Positions 31,910 through 41,996 of a stretch of DNA of 64,000 nt are shown here, piece by piece. The position numbers were made by a program, and so were the translations under genes. The notes beneath the pieces are model-generated. The model was not told the origin of the DNA and did not search any database. It worked only from the letters and a program-made list of their open reading frames with translations. The stretch lies in contig JAYYOR010000027.1 in assembly GCA_036130055.1 (NCBI GenBank), positions 121,532-185,531 on the forward strand, read 5' to 3'. How positions within the stretch are numbered: the stretch's first letter is position 1; each line of letters starts with the position of its first letter. The stretch is from Pseudomonadota bacterium (GTDB lineage: Bacteria; Pseudomonadota; Gammaproteobacteria; Ga0077536).

Positions 31910-33382
31910 GTGAGTGAAACTGACCTTGAAATATATGTGGCGGACAAGCAAAGAGCTGAACTAGTAAAAAAAGTTAGAAGTAAAATTAATGAACTTAATA
32001 TTCAGTATATTTATTACCAATTTATTTCTGTTACTGGAAGGATTGTGGGGAAAGGAATCCCAGCTGATCATTGGGAAAGAACTGCCACTAAAGGATTTCA
32101 ACTAGTTTACGGTTCAACCGCAAATTTATTTATTGACAGGCACGACCAATACATTGGCTACGGACCGGAAGCAATGGAGCTAGTAGGTATCCCAGACCCT
32201 GATACCTTCTGCCAACTCCCATGGGATAAAAGGGTAGCAAGAGTTTACTGCGTTTGCTTCAGAAACCGCGAGGAACGAGAAAATCCAGGAGCGTTTTTAA
32301 CCTCCGATTGTAGAGGTAATTTAAAGCGGGCTCATTCCGATTTTAAAGAAAAATACGGAATGGAGTTAAGGGCTGGAACAGAACCTGAGATGATGTGGCT
32401 AAAGCGAGGTGAAGATGGGAAACCTAATGGTGGAGTAACCGAGCCTTACTGTTATCACATTGACCAATTTGAAAGCCTTAGACCAGTCTTTATGAAAGTT
32501 ATCGAGTACGGACAGGCAATGGGACTCGACATGATTCAAGGTGACCATGAGGATGCTCCCGGTCAACTTGAGCTAAATTGGACTTTCGATGATGTGGTGA
32601 GAAATGCAGACAGGTTATCCACTTACCGACAGATTTGCGCTCAAGTTGCTCGAGAAAATAACCTCATCGCTTGTTTCATGTCTAAACCGTTTATGGGCGT
32701 ATCTGCATCAGGCTGCCATACCAATATCTCGCTTTGGAAAGGTGGAAAGAACTCAATTAACAAGCTCCATCAAAATATTTTACCAGGAATGGATGGGGTA
32801 TTTACTTATCGCGAGGGAGGCGAGAATTTGTTTATGCCAGATACTGATGATCCCCAGTTACCTGGAAAGGTTGGGCTGCAATGCGTGGGAGGAATCGTAA
32901 AACATCTCGGGGCACTAACAGCAATTGGTTGCTCTACGGTAAATTCTTACAGAAGATTATGGGATACAGGTTTCTGGGCGCCCGTTTTCGCAGACTGGGG
33001 ATTTCAGAACCGTACAACTGGGCTTAGAGTCTCCGCGCCAGGAAGATTCGAGTACAGAGCAGTTGACTCGATGGTAAACCCATATCTTCTAGGTTCGGCT
33101 CTATTAAGTGCATTCGAGGATGGAATCGACAATGACATTGATCCAGGTGAACCGGAAAATCGAAATATTTATGAGGCTATGGAGGCCGGGAAACAAGTTA
33201 AACGGTTGCCCATGTCTCTCGGCGAAGCTCTTCAAAGACTCGAGGACGACGAAGTGATCAAAGCATCAATGCCAGGAGATATGTATAAGATCTACAAATG
33301 GTACAAGAATGATGAACACGAAAAATTCATGGCTACGGTAACGGACTGGGACCAAGAAATGTACATGGATTGTCTTCCATAA
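31910..33382 (+). CDS. gmaS: Glutamine-synthetase-family protein (candidate gamma-glutamylmethylamide synthetase)
   Basis: 490-aa glutamine-synthetase catalytic-domain protein that is not a type I GlnA. The gmaS assignment rests on its position directly upstream of mgsABC-like genes. Confidence 0.6.
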   Translation: MSETDLEIYVADKQRAELVKKVRSKINELNIQYIYYQFISVTGRIVGKGIPADHWERTATKGFQLVYGSTANLFIDRHDQYIGYGPEAMELVGIPDPDTFCQLPWDKRVARVYCVCFRNREERENPGAFLTSDCRGNLKRAHSDFKEKYGMELRAGTEPEMMWLKRGEDGKPNGGVTEPYCYHIDQFESLRPVFMKVIEYGQAMGLDMIQGDHEDAPGQLELNWTFDDVVRNADRLSTYRQICAQVARENNLIACFMSKPFMGVSASGCHTNISLWKGGKNSINKLHQNILPGMDGVFTYREGGENLFMPDTDDPQLPGKVGLQCVGGIVKHLGALTAIGCSTVNSYRRLWDTGFWAPVFADWGFQNRTTGLRVSAPGRFEYRAVDSMVNPYLLGSALLSAFEDGIDNDIDPGEPENRNIYEAMEAGKQVKRLPMSLGEALQRLEDDEVIKASMPGDMYKIYKWYKNDEHEKFMATVTDWDQEMYMDCLP

Positions 33383-33403
33383 CAAAAAAACAAGGAGCGC
33401 ATC

Positions 33404-34348
33404 ATGTGTGGAATAGCGGGGGTAATTCATAGAAATGGCAACTCAAAAATAGGGGAAGAAATGTCCTCTATGCTTCAGGCAATGAAGCACAGAGGGCCAG
33501 ACTCAACGGGATTTGCACTTTATTGCGAACGAAACGAGGGGCATCCGGATCAGTATGTTATGCGTATGAAGGTTGCGGAGAGCCACGAAACTGCTAAAGG
33601 TTATGATATTCATGCGAAAATGGAAGAGCGAATAAAAAATGTGGAACTCCGCCTCAAGGAACTTAATGTCAAAGTGTTAGAAGCCGAAAAGATTACCGAT
33701 TACGCATTACGTTATACCTTCAACTGTGACGGGAATCTTCGACAGTTAGCCAACTACGTTGAAGATGTAGAAGGGGTCGAAATACTCTCTATTGGGAAAG
33801 GGTTAGAACTAGTGAAAGATTTAGGAGATGCAACAGTGGTATCGGATCTTTACTCCTTAAATTCTTTCAATGGAACTCACGCGATTGGCCATACCCGCAT
33901 GGCCACTGAATCAGATGTCGATATAAGGTCGGCCCACCCCTATTGGGCCTATCCTTTCGCTGACGTATCCGTCGTTCATAATGGACAATTGACCAATTAC
34001 TGGTCAAAAAGACGTGAATTGGAGAGAAAAGGGCATAGATTTATGTCTAGTTGCGATTCAGAACTTATTGCAGTTTATATCGCTGACAAAATTGAACAAG
34101 GAAAAAACCTAGAAGACTCCATGCGGCAAAGCGTCGACGAGTTAGACGGCGTTTTTACATACTTACTAGCAACATCAGATTCTTTGGGGATGGCTAAAGA
34201 TACGATGGCTGCAAAACCAATGGTCCTTTTTGAAAGTGACGACATAGTTGCCCTAGCTTCTGAGGAAGTCGCCATTAGAACCATCATGAATAACGAAATT
34301 GACACATCAGACCCATATGACGGAGAGGTAAGAGTATGGCAGGCCTAG
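33404..34348 (+). CDS. mgsA: Class II (Ntn) glutamine amidotransferase domain protein (N-methylglutamate synthase subunit A candidate)
   Basis: 314 aa beginning MCGIAG (catalytic Cys right after Met), matching the GltB N-terminal domain. Confidence 0.7.
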   Translation: MCGIAGVIHRNGNSKIGEEMSSMLQAMKHRGPDSTGFALYCERNEGHPDQYVMRMKVAESHETAKGYDIHAKMEERIKNVELRLKELNVKVLEAEKITDYALRYTFNCDGNLRQLANYVEDVEGVEILSIGKGLELVKDLGDATVVSDLYSLNSFNGTHAIGHTRMATESDVDIRSAHPYWAYPFADVSVVHNGQLTNYWSKRRELERKGHRFMSSCDSELIAVYIADKIEQGKNLEDSMRQSVDELDGVFTYLLATSDSLGMAKDTMAAKPMVLFESDDIVALASEEVAIRTIMNNEIDTSDPYDGEVRVWQA

Positions 34349-35184
34349 AAAAATCAAAGGAACCTCTGAAAACAGAGATGAGAACCGAGTCACTGCTCGG
34401 GAGAACCCAGCAAGTCTTTTTTTCACTTGATAACAATGAAGAAAAGATGTCCCAACCATTTACTTATGAAGTGGATTTTTCAAAATCAGCGGAGATTGAT
34501 GCGGAAAACCTAAACACAAGACAAATTAATAGCAAAATAAAACACCTTCTGACACAGGGACATGGAAGTATCACAATTAAAAACCCTGGGGCTAAGCATA
34601 GTATCGGAGTTGGAATATTAAATAGATTAAATTTGAGAATTGAAGGAAGTCTGGGATATTTTGGGCTAGGTTTACTTGACGGGCCAAACGTCACTGTTGA
34701 GGGAAGAGTTGGTTGGTCTTGCGGAGAAAATATGATGTCTGGAACTGTGCTTATTAAAAAAAACGCTGGTTCGACTTTCGGCGCCGCAATTAGAGGGGGC
34801 GACTTAGTATGTCGAGGTGATGTTGGGGCTAGGACTGGTATCGACCAAAAAGGCGGAACCATTATCGCAGGTGGAAGCACAGGTGCTTTCTCAGGATTTA
34901 TGATGCAGCGGGGAAGAATGGTTATACTCGGAGACGCCGGAAATAACTTAGGGGACTCAATGTACGATGGTACAATTTATGTCGGTGGAACAATCAAAAG
35001 CTTAGGAGCTGATGCGGTGGAAGCCGAAGTTACAACGGCAGACGAAAAATGGTTGCTTGAAAAACTAACCCTTTATGGATTAGCAGATAGGCTCGATTTA
35101 CCAACAATGAAGAAAGTGGTCTCTGGCAAACAACTATGGAATTACGATAGTCTTGAACCAAGCGAAAAAAAGCTTGTTCTATAA
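34336..35184 (+). CDS. mgsB: GXGXG-motif protein (glutamate synthase C-terminal domain homologue; N-methylglutamate synthase subunit B candidate)
   Basis: 282 aa with repeated G-x-G-x-G beta-helix motifs (GSITIKNPGAKHSIGVG..GDLVCRGDVGARTG...). Confidence 0.7.
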   Translation: MAGLEKSKEPLKTEMRTESLLGRTQQVFFSLDNNEEKMSQPFTYEVDFSKSAEIDAENLNTRQINSKIKHLLTQGHGSITIKNPGAKHSIGVGILNRLNLRIEGSLGYFGLGLLDGPNVTVEGRVGWSCGENMMSGTVLIKKNAGSTFGAAIRGGDLVCRGDVGARTGIDQKGGTIIAGGSTGAFSGFMMQRGRMVILGDAGNNLGDSMYDGTIYVGGTIKSLGADAVEAEVTTADEKWLLEKLTLYGLADRLDLPTMKKVVSGKQLWNYDSLEPSEKKLVL

Positions 35185-35204
35185 AACAAAAAGGAGCAAT
35201 ACCT

Positions 35205-36542
35205 ATGGCCGACGATAAGGAAAAATATTTATTAGGAAAAAGTCCTATCTTTACCCCAGATGTCGTGAACGACATTCATATCAAGTCTGAACTCGGCAGA
35301 TATCGTATGCGTGGCTTCTCGATGTTTAAAAAAGTGCCGGGATGGGATCAATTAACCTTCATGCCCGGAACATTAACAAGATTTGTAATAGAGGGGTACA
35401 GAGAGAAATGCGAAACTAAAACAATCATTGGTCCGAGAGCAAAACGTCCTATTGAATTAGATATACCTGTATACATCACCGGCATGAGTTTTGGAGCATT
35501 ATCCTTTGAGGCCAAAACCGCGCTAGCAAGGGGCGCAACGATGGCAGGTACAGCAACTTGTTCTGGAGAAGGGGGAATGATCCCAGACGAAAGACGCTTT
35601 TCCGAGAAATGGTTCTACCAGTGTATACAATCGAGATATGGCTTCAATCCTCAACATCTAAGATTGGCCGACGGTTGCGAATTTTTTATTGGACAAGGAG
35701 CAAAAGTTGGCCTAGGAGGCCACTTGATGGGTCAAAAAGTTACGGACCAAGTGGCAGAAATGCGTTCGCTTCCCGCAGGAATAGATCAAAGATCGCCTGC
35801 CAGGCATCCAGATTGGTTGGGGCCTGACGACCTGGCACTAAAAATCGAGGAAATAAGAGAGGCAACTAATTGGGAGATTCCTATTCAACTAAAACTGGGA
35901 GCTGCTAGGGTCTATGACGATGTTCGAATGGCAGCAAAAACCGATCCAGATTCGATATATATAGACGGTATGGAAGGTGGTACAGCAGCCGGACCACATC
36001 TTGCTTCTGAAGAAACAGGAGTTCCAGGAATTGCCGCTATTCGGCAAGCTAGGAGAGCTTTAGATGACGTCGGGAAAAGTGGGGAGATAACTCTAGTGTA
36101 CGCTGGGGGGATCAGGAATGGCGGAGACATTGCCAAAGCCCTAGCACTGGGCGCAGACGCTATTGCTATCGGTCACGCGTCAATGATGGCTTTAAACTGT
36201 AATAAAGACATCCCGGAAGCAAATTATGAGGAAGAAATGGGAGTTAAAGCCGGAAACTGTTACCATTGCCATACAGGTAGGTGTCCAGTTGGAATTGCTA
36301 CCCAAGACCCCAAATTGAGAGAAAGACTTGACCCAGATAAGGCTGCAGAAAGAGTCTATAATTTCCTGCATACACTAGCCATTGAGTGCCAAATGATGGC
36401 TCGGGCGTGCGGAAAAACGAACATACACTCCTTAGAACCTGAGGACTCAGCGGCACTTACGATGGAGGCGTCAGCAATGGCTCAAGTTCCGCTGGCTGGG
36501 ACGCAAGTTACAGTGGGAAGACCAGATTTAAACCGATTCTGA
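35205..36542 (+). CDS. mgsC: FMN-dependent glutamate-synthase-domain protein (N-methylglutamate synthase subunit C candidate)
   Basis: 445 aa matching the GltB FMN/Fe-S central domain, including the conserved C-terminal Cys cluster CYHCHTGRCPVGIATQD. Confidence 0.75.
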   Translation: MADDKEKYLLGKSPIFTPDVVNDIHIKSELGRYRMRGFSMFKKVPGWDQLTFMPGTLTRFVIEGYREKCETKTIIGPRAKRPIELDIPVYITGMSFGALSFEAKTALARGATMAGTATCSGEGGMIPDERRFSEKWFYQCIQSRYGFNPQHLRLADGCEFFIGQGAKVGLGGHLMGQKVTDQVAEMRSLPAGIDQRSPARHPDWLGPDDLALKIEEIREATNWEIPIQLKLGAARVYDDVRMAAKTDPDSIYIDGMEGGTAAGPHLASEETGVPGIAAIRQARRALDDVGKSGEITLVYAGGIRNGGDIAKALALGADAIAIGHASMMALNCNKDIPEANYEEEMGVKAGNCYHCHTGRCPVGIATQDPKLRERLDPDKAAERVYNFLHTLAIECQMMARACGKTNIHSLEPEDSAALTMEASAMAQVPLAGTQVTVGRPDLNRF

Positions 36543-36561
36543 TTAGTATCGAATACACTGA

Positions 36562-36966
36562 ATGGAGAACGTAATGAGTGAAAAAAAAGATATTGACCAC
36601 TACCTAAAATCAGATGGTGTCGACTCTGAGCGAGAGAAAATGATCGGTCAAACAATCGGGTATCGTTATGATGTGAACTTGTTGCCAGACCTCTCAAAGC
36701 TAACACCATTCTTGAAAAAATATCTAGACTTCATGGGTTGGAAAGACTTGAACTGGTTAGAAGACATCCACATGGGGTATGAAGAAGGGCGTGCAGCGGT
36801 CTTTGACCGAAATATTAACGGATGGGTGACTGTTCCACCCGACCTAAAGCTGCCAGATAATCAACAAGAAAGAGATATGATTGCAAGAGAACTACTAGTA
36901 AAATTTCAAATGTCTGATAATCACCCTCTAGTAGCACTTAGAACAGCATATGGAAAATTCGACTAA
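36562..36966 (+). CDS. Hypothetical protein (134 aa) embedded between the mgsC-like and soxB/mgdA-like genes
   Basis: ORF on the same strand with tight spacing. I recognise no motif in it. Confidence 0.4.
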   Translation: MENVMSEKKDIDHYLKSDGVDSEREKMIGQTIGYRYDVNLLPDLSKLTPFLKKYLDFMGWKDLNWLEDIHMGYEEGRAAVFDRNINGWVTVPPDLKLPDNQQERDMIARELLVKFQMSDNHPLVALRTAYGKFD

Positions 36967-36991
36967 AATTTTTTGATCCTTTATTTAAGAA

Positions 36992-38233
36992 ATGTCTATT
37001 AGATTATTAAAGTACGGGTTCATTGATAACCACGCGGAAGAGCGTTGGTTCAACCCAGCAAAAGAACTTCAAGATTCATACGACGTTGTTATAATCGGAG
37101 CGGGAGGTCATGGCTTAGCTTGTGCTTATTATCTTTCTCATTACCATGACGTTAGAAAAGTTGCTGTTTTAGAAAAAAATTATATAGGCGCCGGCAACAC
37201 TGGTAGAAACACAACCATCATTAGATCAAATTATCTGACAGAGGAAGGAGTTAAATTCTACGGTGAGAGTGTTCGTCTTTTTAACCAACTGTCAGAAGAA
37301 TTAGAAACTAATATTTTTTTCTCAGAAAGAGGACACTTTACTCTTGCGCACAGTGACGCTACTTTAAGGACTGCAAGATGGCGGGCAGAAGTTAACAAAC
37401 ACTACGGAATAGAAAGTAGCGTTGTCGGGCCATCCGAGGTTAAAACAGCTTGCCCGGAAATCGACCTGAGTTGTGGGGGCAACCATCCTATTGAAGGAGC
37501 ACTTTTTCATGCTCCAGGGGCAGTTGCGAGACATGACGCAGTAGCTTGGGGGTATGCAAAGAAAGCTTGCCAACAAGGAGTAGAAATCCACCAGCACACC
37601 GAGGTTGAAGGGATTAATATCGAAAACAATAAAATTACTTCAGTCCAAACCAATAGAGGCTTAATCAAGACCGATACCGTTCTTTCTGCTGTCGCAGGAG
37701 CTACCCCGACTATACTAAATATGGTCGGCCTCGATTCCCCAATCGATATTTATCCTCTTCAGGCTTGCGTGACTGAACCTATGAAACCATGGTTAGACAC
37801 TATAATCGTTTCTGGTAGCCTTCATATCTATGTAAGTCAAAGCTCGAGAGGTGAATTAGTTATGGGTGCTTCAGTAGATCCGGTCGAACAACATAACACC
37901 AAATCCAGTTTTGAATTTGTATCTGGTATGTGCGATCAAATTCTGGACTTGTTCCCCTTCTTAAGCACCGTAAAAATAAATAGGCAATGGGCAGGCATGG
38001 CGGACATGACACCAGATTTTGCTCCTATTATGGGCACGACTCCAGTCGATGGTTTTTTTCTTGATTCGGGCTGGGGTACCTGGGGGTTTAAAGCGACGCC
38101 TGTTAGCGGTAAATCTTTGGATAATTCAACCGATAAAAATAAAAACGACCCTCTTATTAGCGGCTTTAATCTTAGCAGATTTAAGGACTTTAAACTCGTA
38201 GGTGAAAAAGGAGCCGCGTCCGTAGGACATTAG
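36992..38233 (+). CDS. soxB: Sarcosine oxidase beta-subunit family protein (N-methylglutamate dehydrogenase subunit A candidate)
   Basis: 413 aa. 'DVVIIGAGGHGLACAYYL...GNTGRNTTIIRSNYL' is nearly identical in pattern to heterotetrameric SoxB. Confidence 0.85.
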   Translation: MSIRLLKYGFIDNHAEERWFNPAKELQDSYDVVIIGAGGHGLACAYYLSHYHDVRKVAVLEKNYIGAGNTGRNTTIIRSNYLTEEGVKFYGESVRLFNQLSEELETNIFFSERGHFTLAHSDATLRTARWRAEVNKHYGIESSVVGPSEVKTACPEIDLSCGGNHPIEGALFHAPGAVARHDAVAWGYAKKACQQGVEIHQHTEVEGINIENNKITSVQTNRGLIKTDTVLSAVAGATPTILNMVGLDSPIDIYPLQACVTEPMKPWLDTIIVSGSLHIYVSQSSRGELVMGASVDPVEQHNTKSSFEFVSGMCDQILDLFPFLSTVKINRQWAGMADMTPDFAPIMGTTPVDGFFLDSGWGTWGFKATPVSGKSLDNSTDKNKNDPLISGFNLSRFKDFKLVGEKGAASVGH

Positions 38234-38243
38234 TATATTAAAA

Positions 38244-38480
38244 ATGAAATACTTAGACTGTCCAATTATAGGGGAAAGACCCATTTCTGAATTTATTTAT
38301 GGGGGCTCGATAGACCCAGAACCATCTAACTTTGATGGTTCTGCAGGATGGTGGGCTTATCATCAAGATAGCCGACCACTCACGCGGAAAGAGTGGTGGT
38401 ACCATCAACCTACCCAGACGTGGTTCAGAGTTAAGCGAGATACAGAAGCTAATATCATTCTCTCAATCGAGGAAAATTGA
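38244..38480 (+). CDS. soxD: Sarcosine oxidase delta-subunit family protein
   Basis: 78 aa with a SoxD-like N-terminus 'MKYLDCPIIGERPISEFIYGG'. It overlaps the soxA start. Confidence 0.8.
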   Translation: MKYLDCPIIGERPISEFIYGGSIDPEPSNFDGSAGWWAYHQDSRPLTRKEWWYHQPTQTWFRVKRDTEANIILSIEEN

Positions 38481-41332
38481 TGGCTAGACGACTACCCCAT
38501 AAAAGTTCCGAATGGATAGACCGTTCCAATAGAATAAAATTCAGATTCGAAAACAAAGAAATAATGGCTTTTAAAGGCGATTCTATAACCAGCGCTTTGA
38601 TTGCTAATGGGGAAAAAATACTTGGAAGAAGTTTCAAATACCATAGACCAAGAGGATTTGTTTCACTGGCTAATCATGACGCAAACGTCATGCTTCAATC
38701 GGAAGATAGCACTAATATTAGAGCCGACGTGACGTTAGCAAAAAACAGCCAAGGAGATTTAAGATCAATCAACACTTTTGGTGGAGTCAGACATGATTTA
38801 ACCAAAATACTTGGGCTGTTCGCGCCTGTATTACCCGTTGGTTTTTATTATAAAGCTTTTTTTAAACCTGCTTTTTTGTGGCCATATTGGGAAAAACTTA
38901 TCAGAAAACTAGCTGGACTTGGAGAGGTTAAACCCAGTTACGACAAAAAGAGATATCCATCACAAACACTGTTTTGCGATATCCTAATCATCGGGGGCGG
39001 TGCTGCGGGGACGGCAGCAGCTGCTCACTTTTCTAAAAGTAATTTCAAAGTAATTATGGCTGATGAAAATTTTAAATTAGGCGGCTCCTCGAGTTTTGAC
39101 GCAGAAGAGGCGCTAAAAGATATCGAGTCTAATATTGAACAACTCAATACACCGAATATCACTTGCCTAACTCAGCACTTTGCTAGTGGATATTACGATG
39201 ATAAAACGGTGATTTTAGAAGGGCCTAAAGGTTGTAAACAAGTGTGTGCAAAAGCAATCATTTTAGCTTCAGGGGCGTATGAGCAACCTGCTGTCTTCAG
39301 AAACAATGACTTACCATGTGTAGTTTTGGGTTCATCCGTAGCCAGACTCGCTCACAGATACTCAATTGATCCTTTTGAAAAATCAATAGCGTTAGTTGGA
39401 AACAACATCGGTTTTCGACGTCTTCTCAAGCTAAAATCTATCGGTATAAATATAGGATGTATTTTACAACTATCGGGCTTTGAGACAAAAGAGTCAACAA
39501 GAAAACAAGCAGAATCAATGGGAATTGAGGTAGTAAACGAGGTAATTCCGATTGAAGCGATTTCAAAAGGTGAATGCTTAAGCTCATTTGTTTATCGCAC
39601 CGTTAATGATCCATCCTCCAAAGTGATTGACTGCGATGGCTTAATTATGAGCGTAGGATGGTCTCCTGCTTCGAACCTACTAGTACAGGCAGGTGGAAAA
39701 CTAAAGTATGTTGAGGAAATTAACCAATTAGTCCCCGATAAACTACCAAGTGGAGTGTTTGTTGCAGGTATGATACGCGGAATCTATGATTTGGAAAAAA
39801 GAGTTCGTGATGGCAAACAAGCTGCAGAAGCTTGTGAAGCCTATTTAGAAAAAAGAAATGCTCCAAACGCGATTCAGGAGGACTACGAAAACCAAAGTCA
39901 CCCGTATCCTATTTATTCTCATCCCAAGGGAAATGAGTTTGTTGACCTGGACGAGGACTTAAAACTAAAAGATCTGGTAACTGGAATGAAAGAGGGGTTT
40001 GATTCAATCGAGCTACTCAAAAGATACAGCACGATTGGAATGGGACCAAGCCAAGGGAAGATTTCAAACCTGAATGGAATCAGAATCGTCGCAGACTTTA
40101 ATAATCTCCCGGTGGGAAATATAGGTACTGTAACTCCAAGACCTTTTGTCTATCCAGTACCTATTGGAAAACTGGCAGGCAGACGAATTCGGAGAGAAAG
40201 AAGAACAAGCCTTGATCAATTTCATACAGAAAAGTTGGCTGATATAAAAGAAAATGGAATATGGAGACGTCCTATGGCGTATGGTGGCTTTGCCTCCAGA
40301 GAAAATATCGCGAGGGAGTATTCTGTAGTAAGAAATGCAGTAGGTATTATTGATGTGTCTACCCTGGGTAAAATAGAGCTATTGGGACCTGACGCTAGAA
40401 ATCTTTTAGAGTACGCATACACTTGCAAATTCGACAAGTTAAAAGTAGGAATGACTCGGTATATTTTTATGGTTGACGCCGGAGGAACGCTTGTTGATGA
40501 CGGGGTCGCGGCCAAACTTGGTGAGGACCATTTTTACATTACTGCAACCAGTAGCCATTCGCAGACAGTGCTAAGACTACTTGAACTATTCAAGATGCAG
40601 CTGCAGCTCGATGTGACCATTTGGGATCATACTGGTCAAGTTGGTGCTATCAACCTTGCGGGACCTTCCTCAAAAAAAGTTCTCACGGATGTGGTTGATA
40701 TTCCACTAGATGCTGATAGTTTTCCCTATCTGGGCTATCGAGAAGCAGAGGTTTGTGGAATTACCTCGAGAATTATGCGGGTAGGTTTTGTGGGAGAGTT
40801 GGGCTACGAAATACATATGCCTACAAACAGTCTGATTAAGGTTTGGAATGGTCTGCTTGACGTAGGCTCAAGCAGACAAATTATGCCTTTTGGAGTAGAG
40901 GCACAAAGATTACTTCGTTTAGAGAAAGGGCATTTAATTTTTGGCCAAGATACTGACGGCAACACTAACCCTTTTGAGGTAAATCTTGGATGGGGCGTCA
41001 ACCTTAAAAAAGAACGATTTTATGGCCGGAATAGCTTAAAAGTTCTCAAACAAAACATTACTAGAAAATTAGTCGGTTTCGAAATGGATGACTTGAGAGG
41101 ACTAGAAATCAAAGAGAATAACCTTACTATAGACCAAAACACGATAACAGGTAGAGTTACAAGTATAAATTTCAGCCCGACACTAAAAAAAATAATTGGT
41201 CTAGCAATGATAGACGCTCCCTACCTAGAAAAAGATTCAATCCATATTAGACTTGATGATGGATCAAGTTTAGAAGCTCTGATTGTTCCTGCTAGCTTCT
41301 ATGATCCAGAAAATGAAAGGCAGAAAATATGA
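38477..41332 (+). CDS. soxA: Sarcosine oxidase alpha-subunit family protein
   Basis: 951 aa with an NAD/FAD Rossmann motif (IIGGGAAGTAAA) and a C-terminal aminomethyltransferase (GcvT-like) folate-binding domain. Confidence 0.85.
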   Translation: MMARRLPHKSSEWIDRSNRIKFRFENKEIMAFKGDSITSALIANGEKILGRSFKYHRPRGFVSLANHDANVMLQSEDSTNIRADVTLAKNSQGDLRSINTFGGVRHDLTKILGLFAPVLPVGFYYKAFFKPAFLWPYWEKLIRKLAGLGEVKPSYDKKRYPSQTLFCDILIIGGGAAGTAAAAHFSKSNFKVIMADENFKLGGSSSFDAEEALKDIESNIEQLNTPNITCLTQHFASGYYDDKTVILEGPKGCKQVCAKAIILASGAYEQPAVFRNNDLPCVVLGSSVARLAHRYSIDPFEKSIALVGNNIGFRRLLKLKSIGINIGCILQLSGFETKESTRKQAESMGIEVVNEVIPIEAISKGECLSSFVYRTVNDPSSKVIDCDGLIMSVGWSPASNLLVQAGGKLKYVEEINQLVPDKLPSGVFVAGMIRGIYDLEKRVRDGKQAAEACEAYLEKRNAPNAIQEDYENQSHPYPIYSHPKGNEFVDLDEDLKLKDLVTGMKEGFDSIELLKRYSTIGMGPSQGKISNLNGIRIVADFNNLPVGNIGTVTPRPFVYPVPIGKLAGRRIRRERRTSLDQFHTEKLADIKENGIWRRPMAYGGFASRENIAREYSVVRNAVGIIDVSTLGKIELLGPDARNLLEYAYTCKFDKLKVGMTRYIFMVDAGGTLVDDGVAAKLGEDHFYITATSSHSQTVLRLLELFKMQLQLDVTIWDHTGQVGAINLAGPSSKKVLTDVVDIPLDADSFPYLGYREAEVCGITSRIMRVGFVGELGYEIHMPTNSLIKVWNGLLDVGSSRQIMPFGVEAQRLLRLEKGHLIFGQDTDGNTNPFEVNLGWGVNLKKERFYGRNSLKVLKQNITRKLVGFEMDDLRGLEIKENNLTIDQNTITGRVTSINFSPTLKKIIGLAMIDAPYLEKDSIHIRLDDGSSLEALIVPASFYDPENERQKI

Positions 41333-41988
41333 ACGAAGTCGCAAATAGCAATAGTCCTCTGCAAGCTTTTTTTGACGAATCAATAAGCGAAATAAAAATA
41401 TTTCAATCTTGTGAAGTCAGCGCACTAAAAAAACCGATCAAGGCCAAAGAAGATGATAGTTACATATTTGATTTATCGTGCATAAAAAAATTTGCTGTAG
41501 TTGGTAAAGAAGCTCGAATCGTTGTTGAAAAATACTTCGAGATTAGTCCTATTAACTTATTTCAATGGACCTCTGTTGGTAGTGGTGGATTAATTTGTTT
41601 GGCTAAGGATAAGATTGTCTTGGTTAATTCATATGACGGCTCCCTGATCGATGGCTTTACAAACGCTATCCCATCGGACCCAAAAAAGCATATCGTACAA
41701 AGAGCAGATTATAGTGAAATTGCACTTTCGGGACCCCTAGCATCAGTAATTTTAGAAGAACTCGTACCAGTTCCTAGTTCAGCTTGGTCTCAGACGGGCC
41801 TTTTATGCAGCTCATTAGCCGGCGCCAATGTTATTTTGCGTAAAGTAAATAATCAGCCCAATCACTTGCGATGTATAATTCAGCCAGCTGACACCCATTA
41901 TGTCTTAAAAGCAATGATGGAAATAAACCGCGAGTTGAATGGTCACCTCGGCTGCATATTCAGCTATCTAAATACATTCCAACCTTAA
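41329..41988 (+). CDS. soxG: Sarcosine oxidase gamma-subunit family protein
   Basis: 219 aa. It overlaps the soxA stop, and its size and position fit SoxG. Confidence 0.65.
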   Translation: MNEVANSNSPLQAFFDESISEIKIFQSCEVSALKKPIKAKEDDSYIFDLSCIKKFAVVGKEARIVVEKYFEISPINLFQWTSVGSGGLICLAKDKIVLVNSYDGSLIDGFTNAIPSDPKKHIVQRADYSEIALSGPLASVILEELVPVPSSAWSQTGLLCSSLAGANVILRKVNNQPNHLRCIIQPADTHYVLKAMMEINRELNGHLGCIFSYLNTFQP

Positions 41989-41996
41989 TCACTCCC

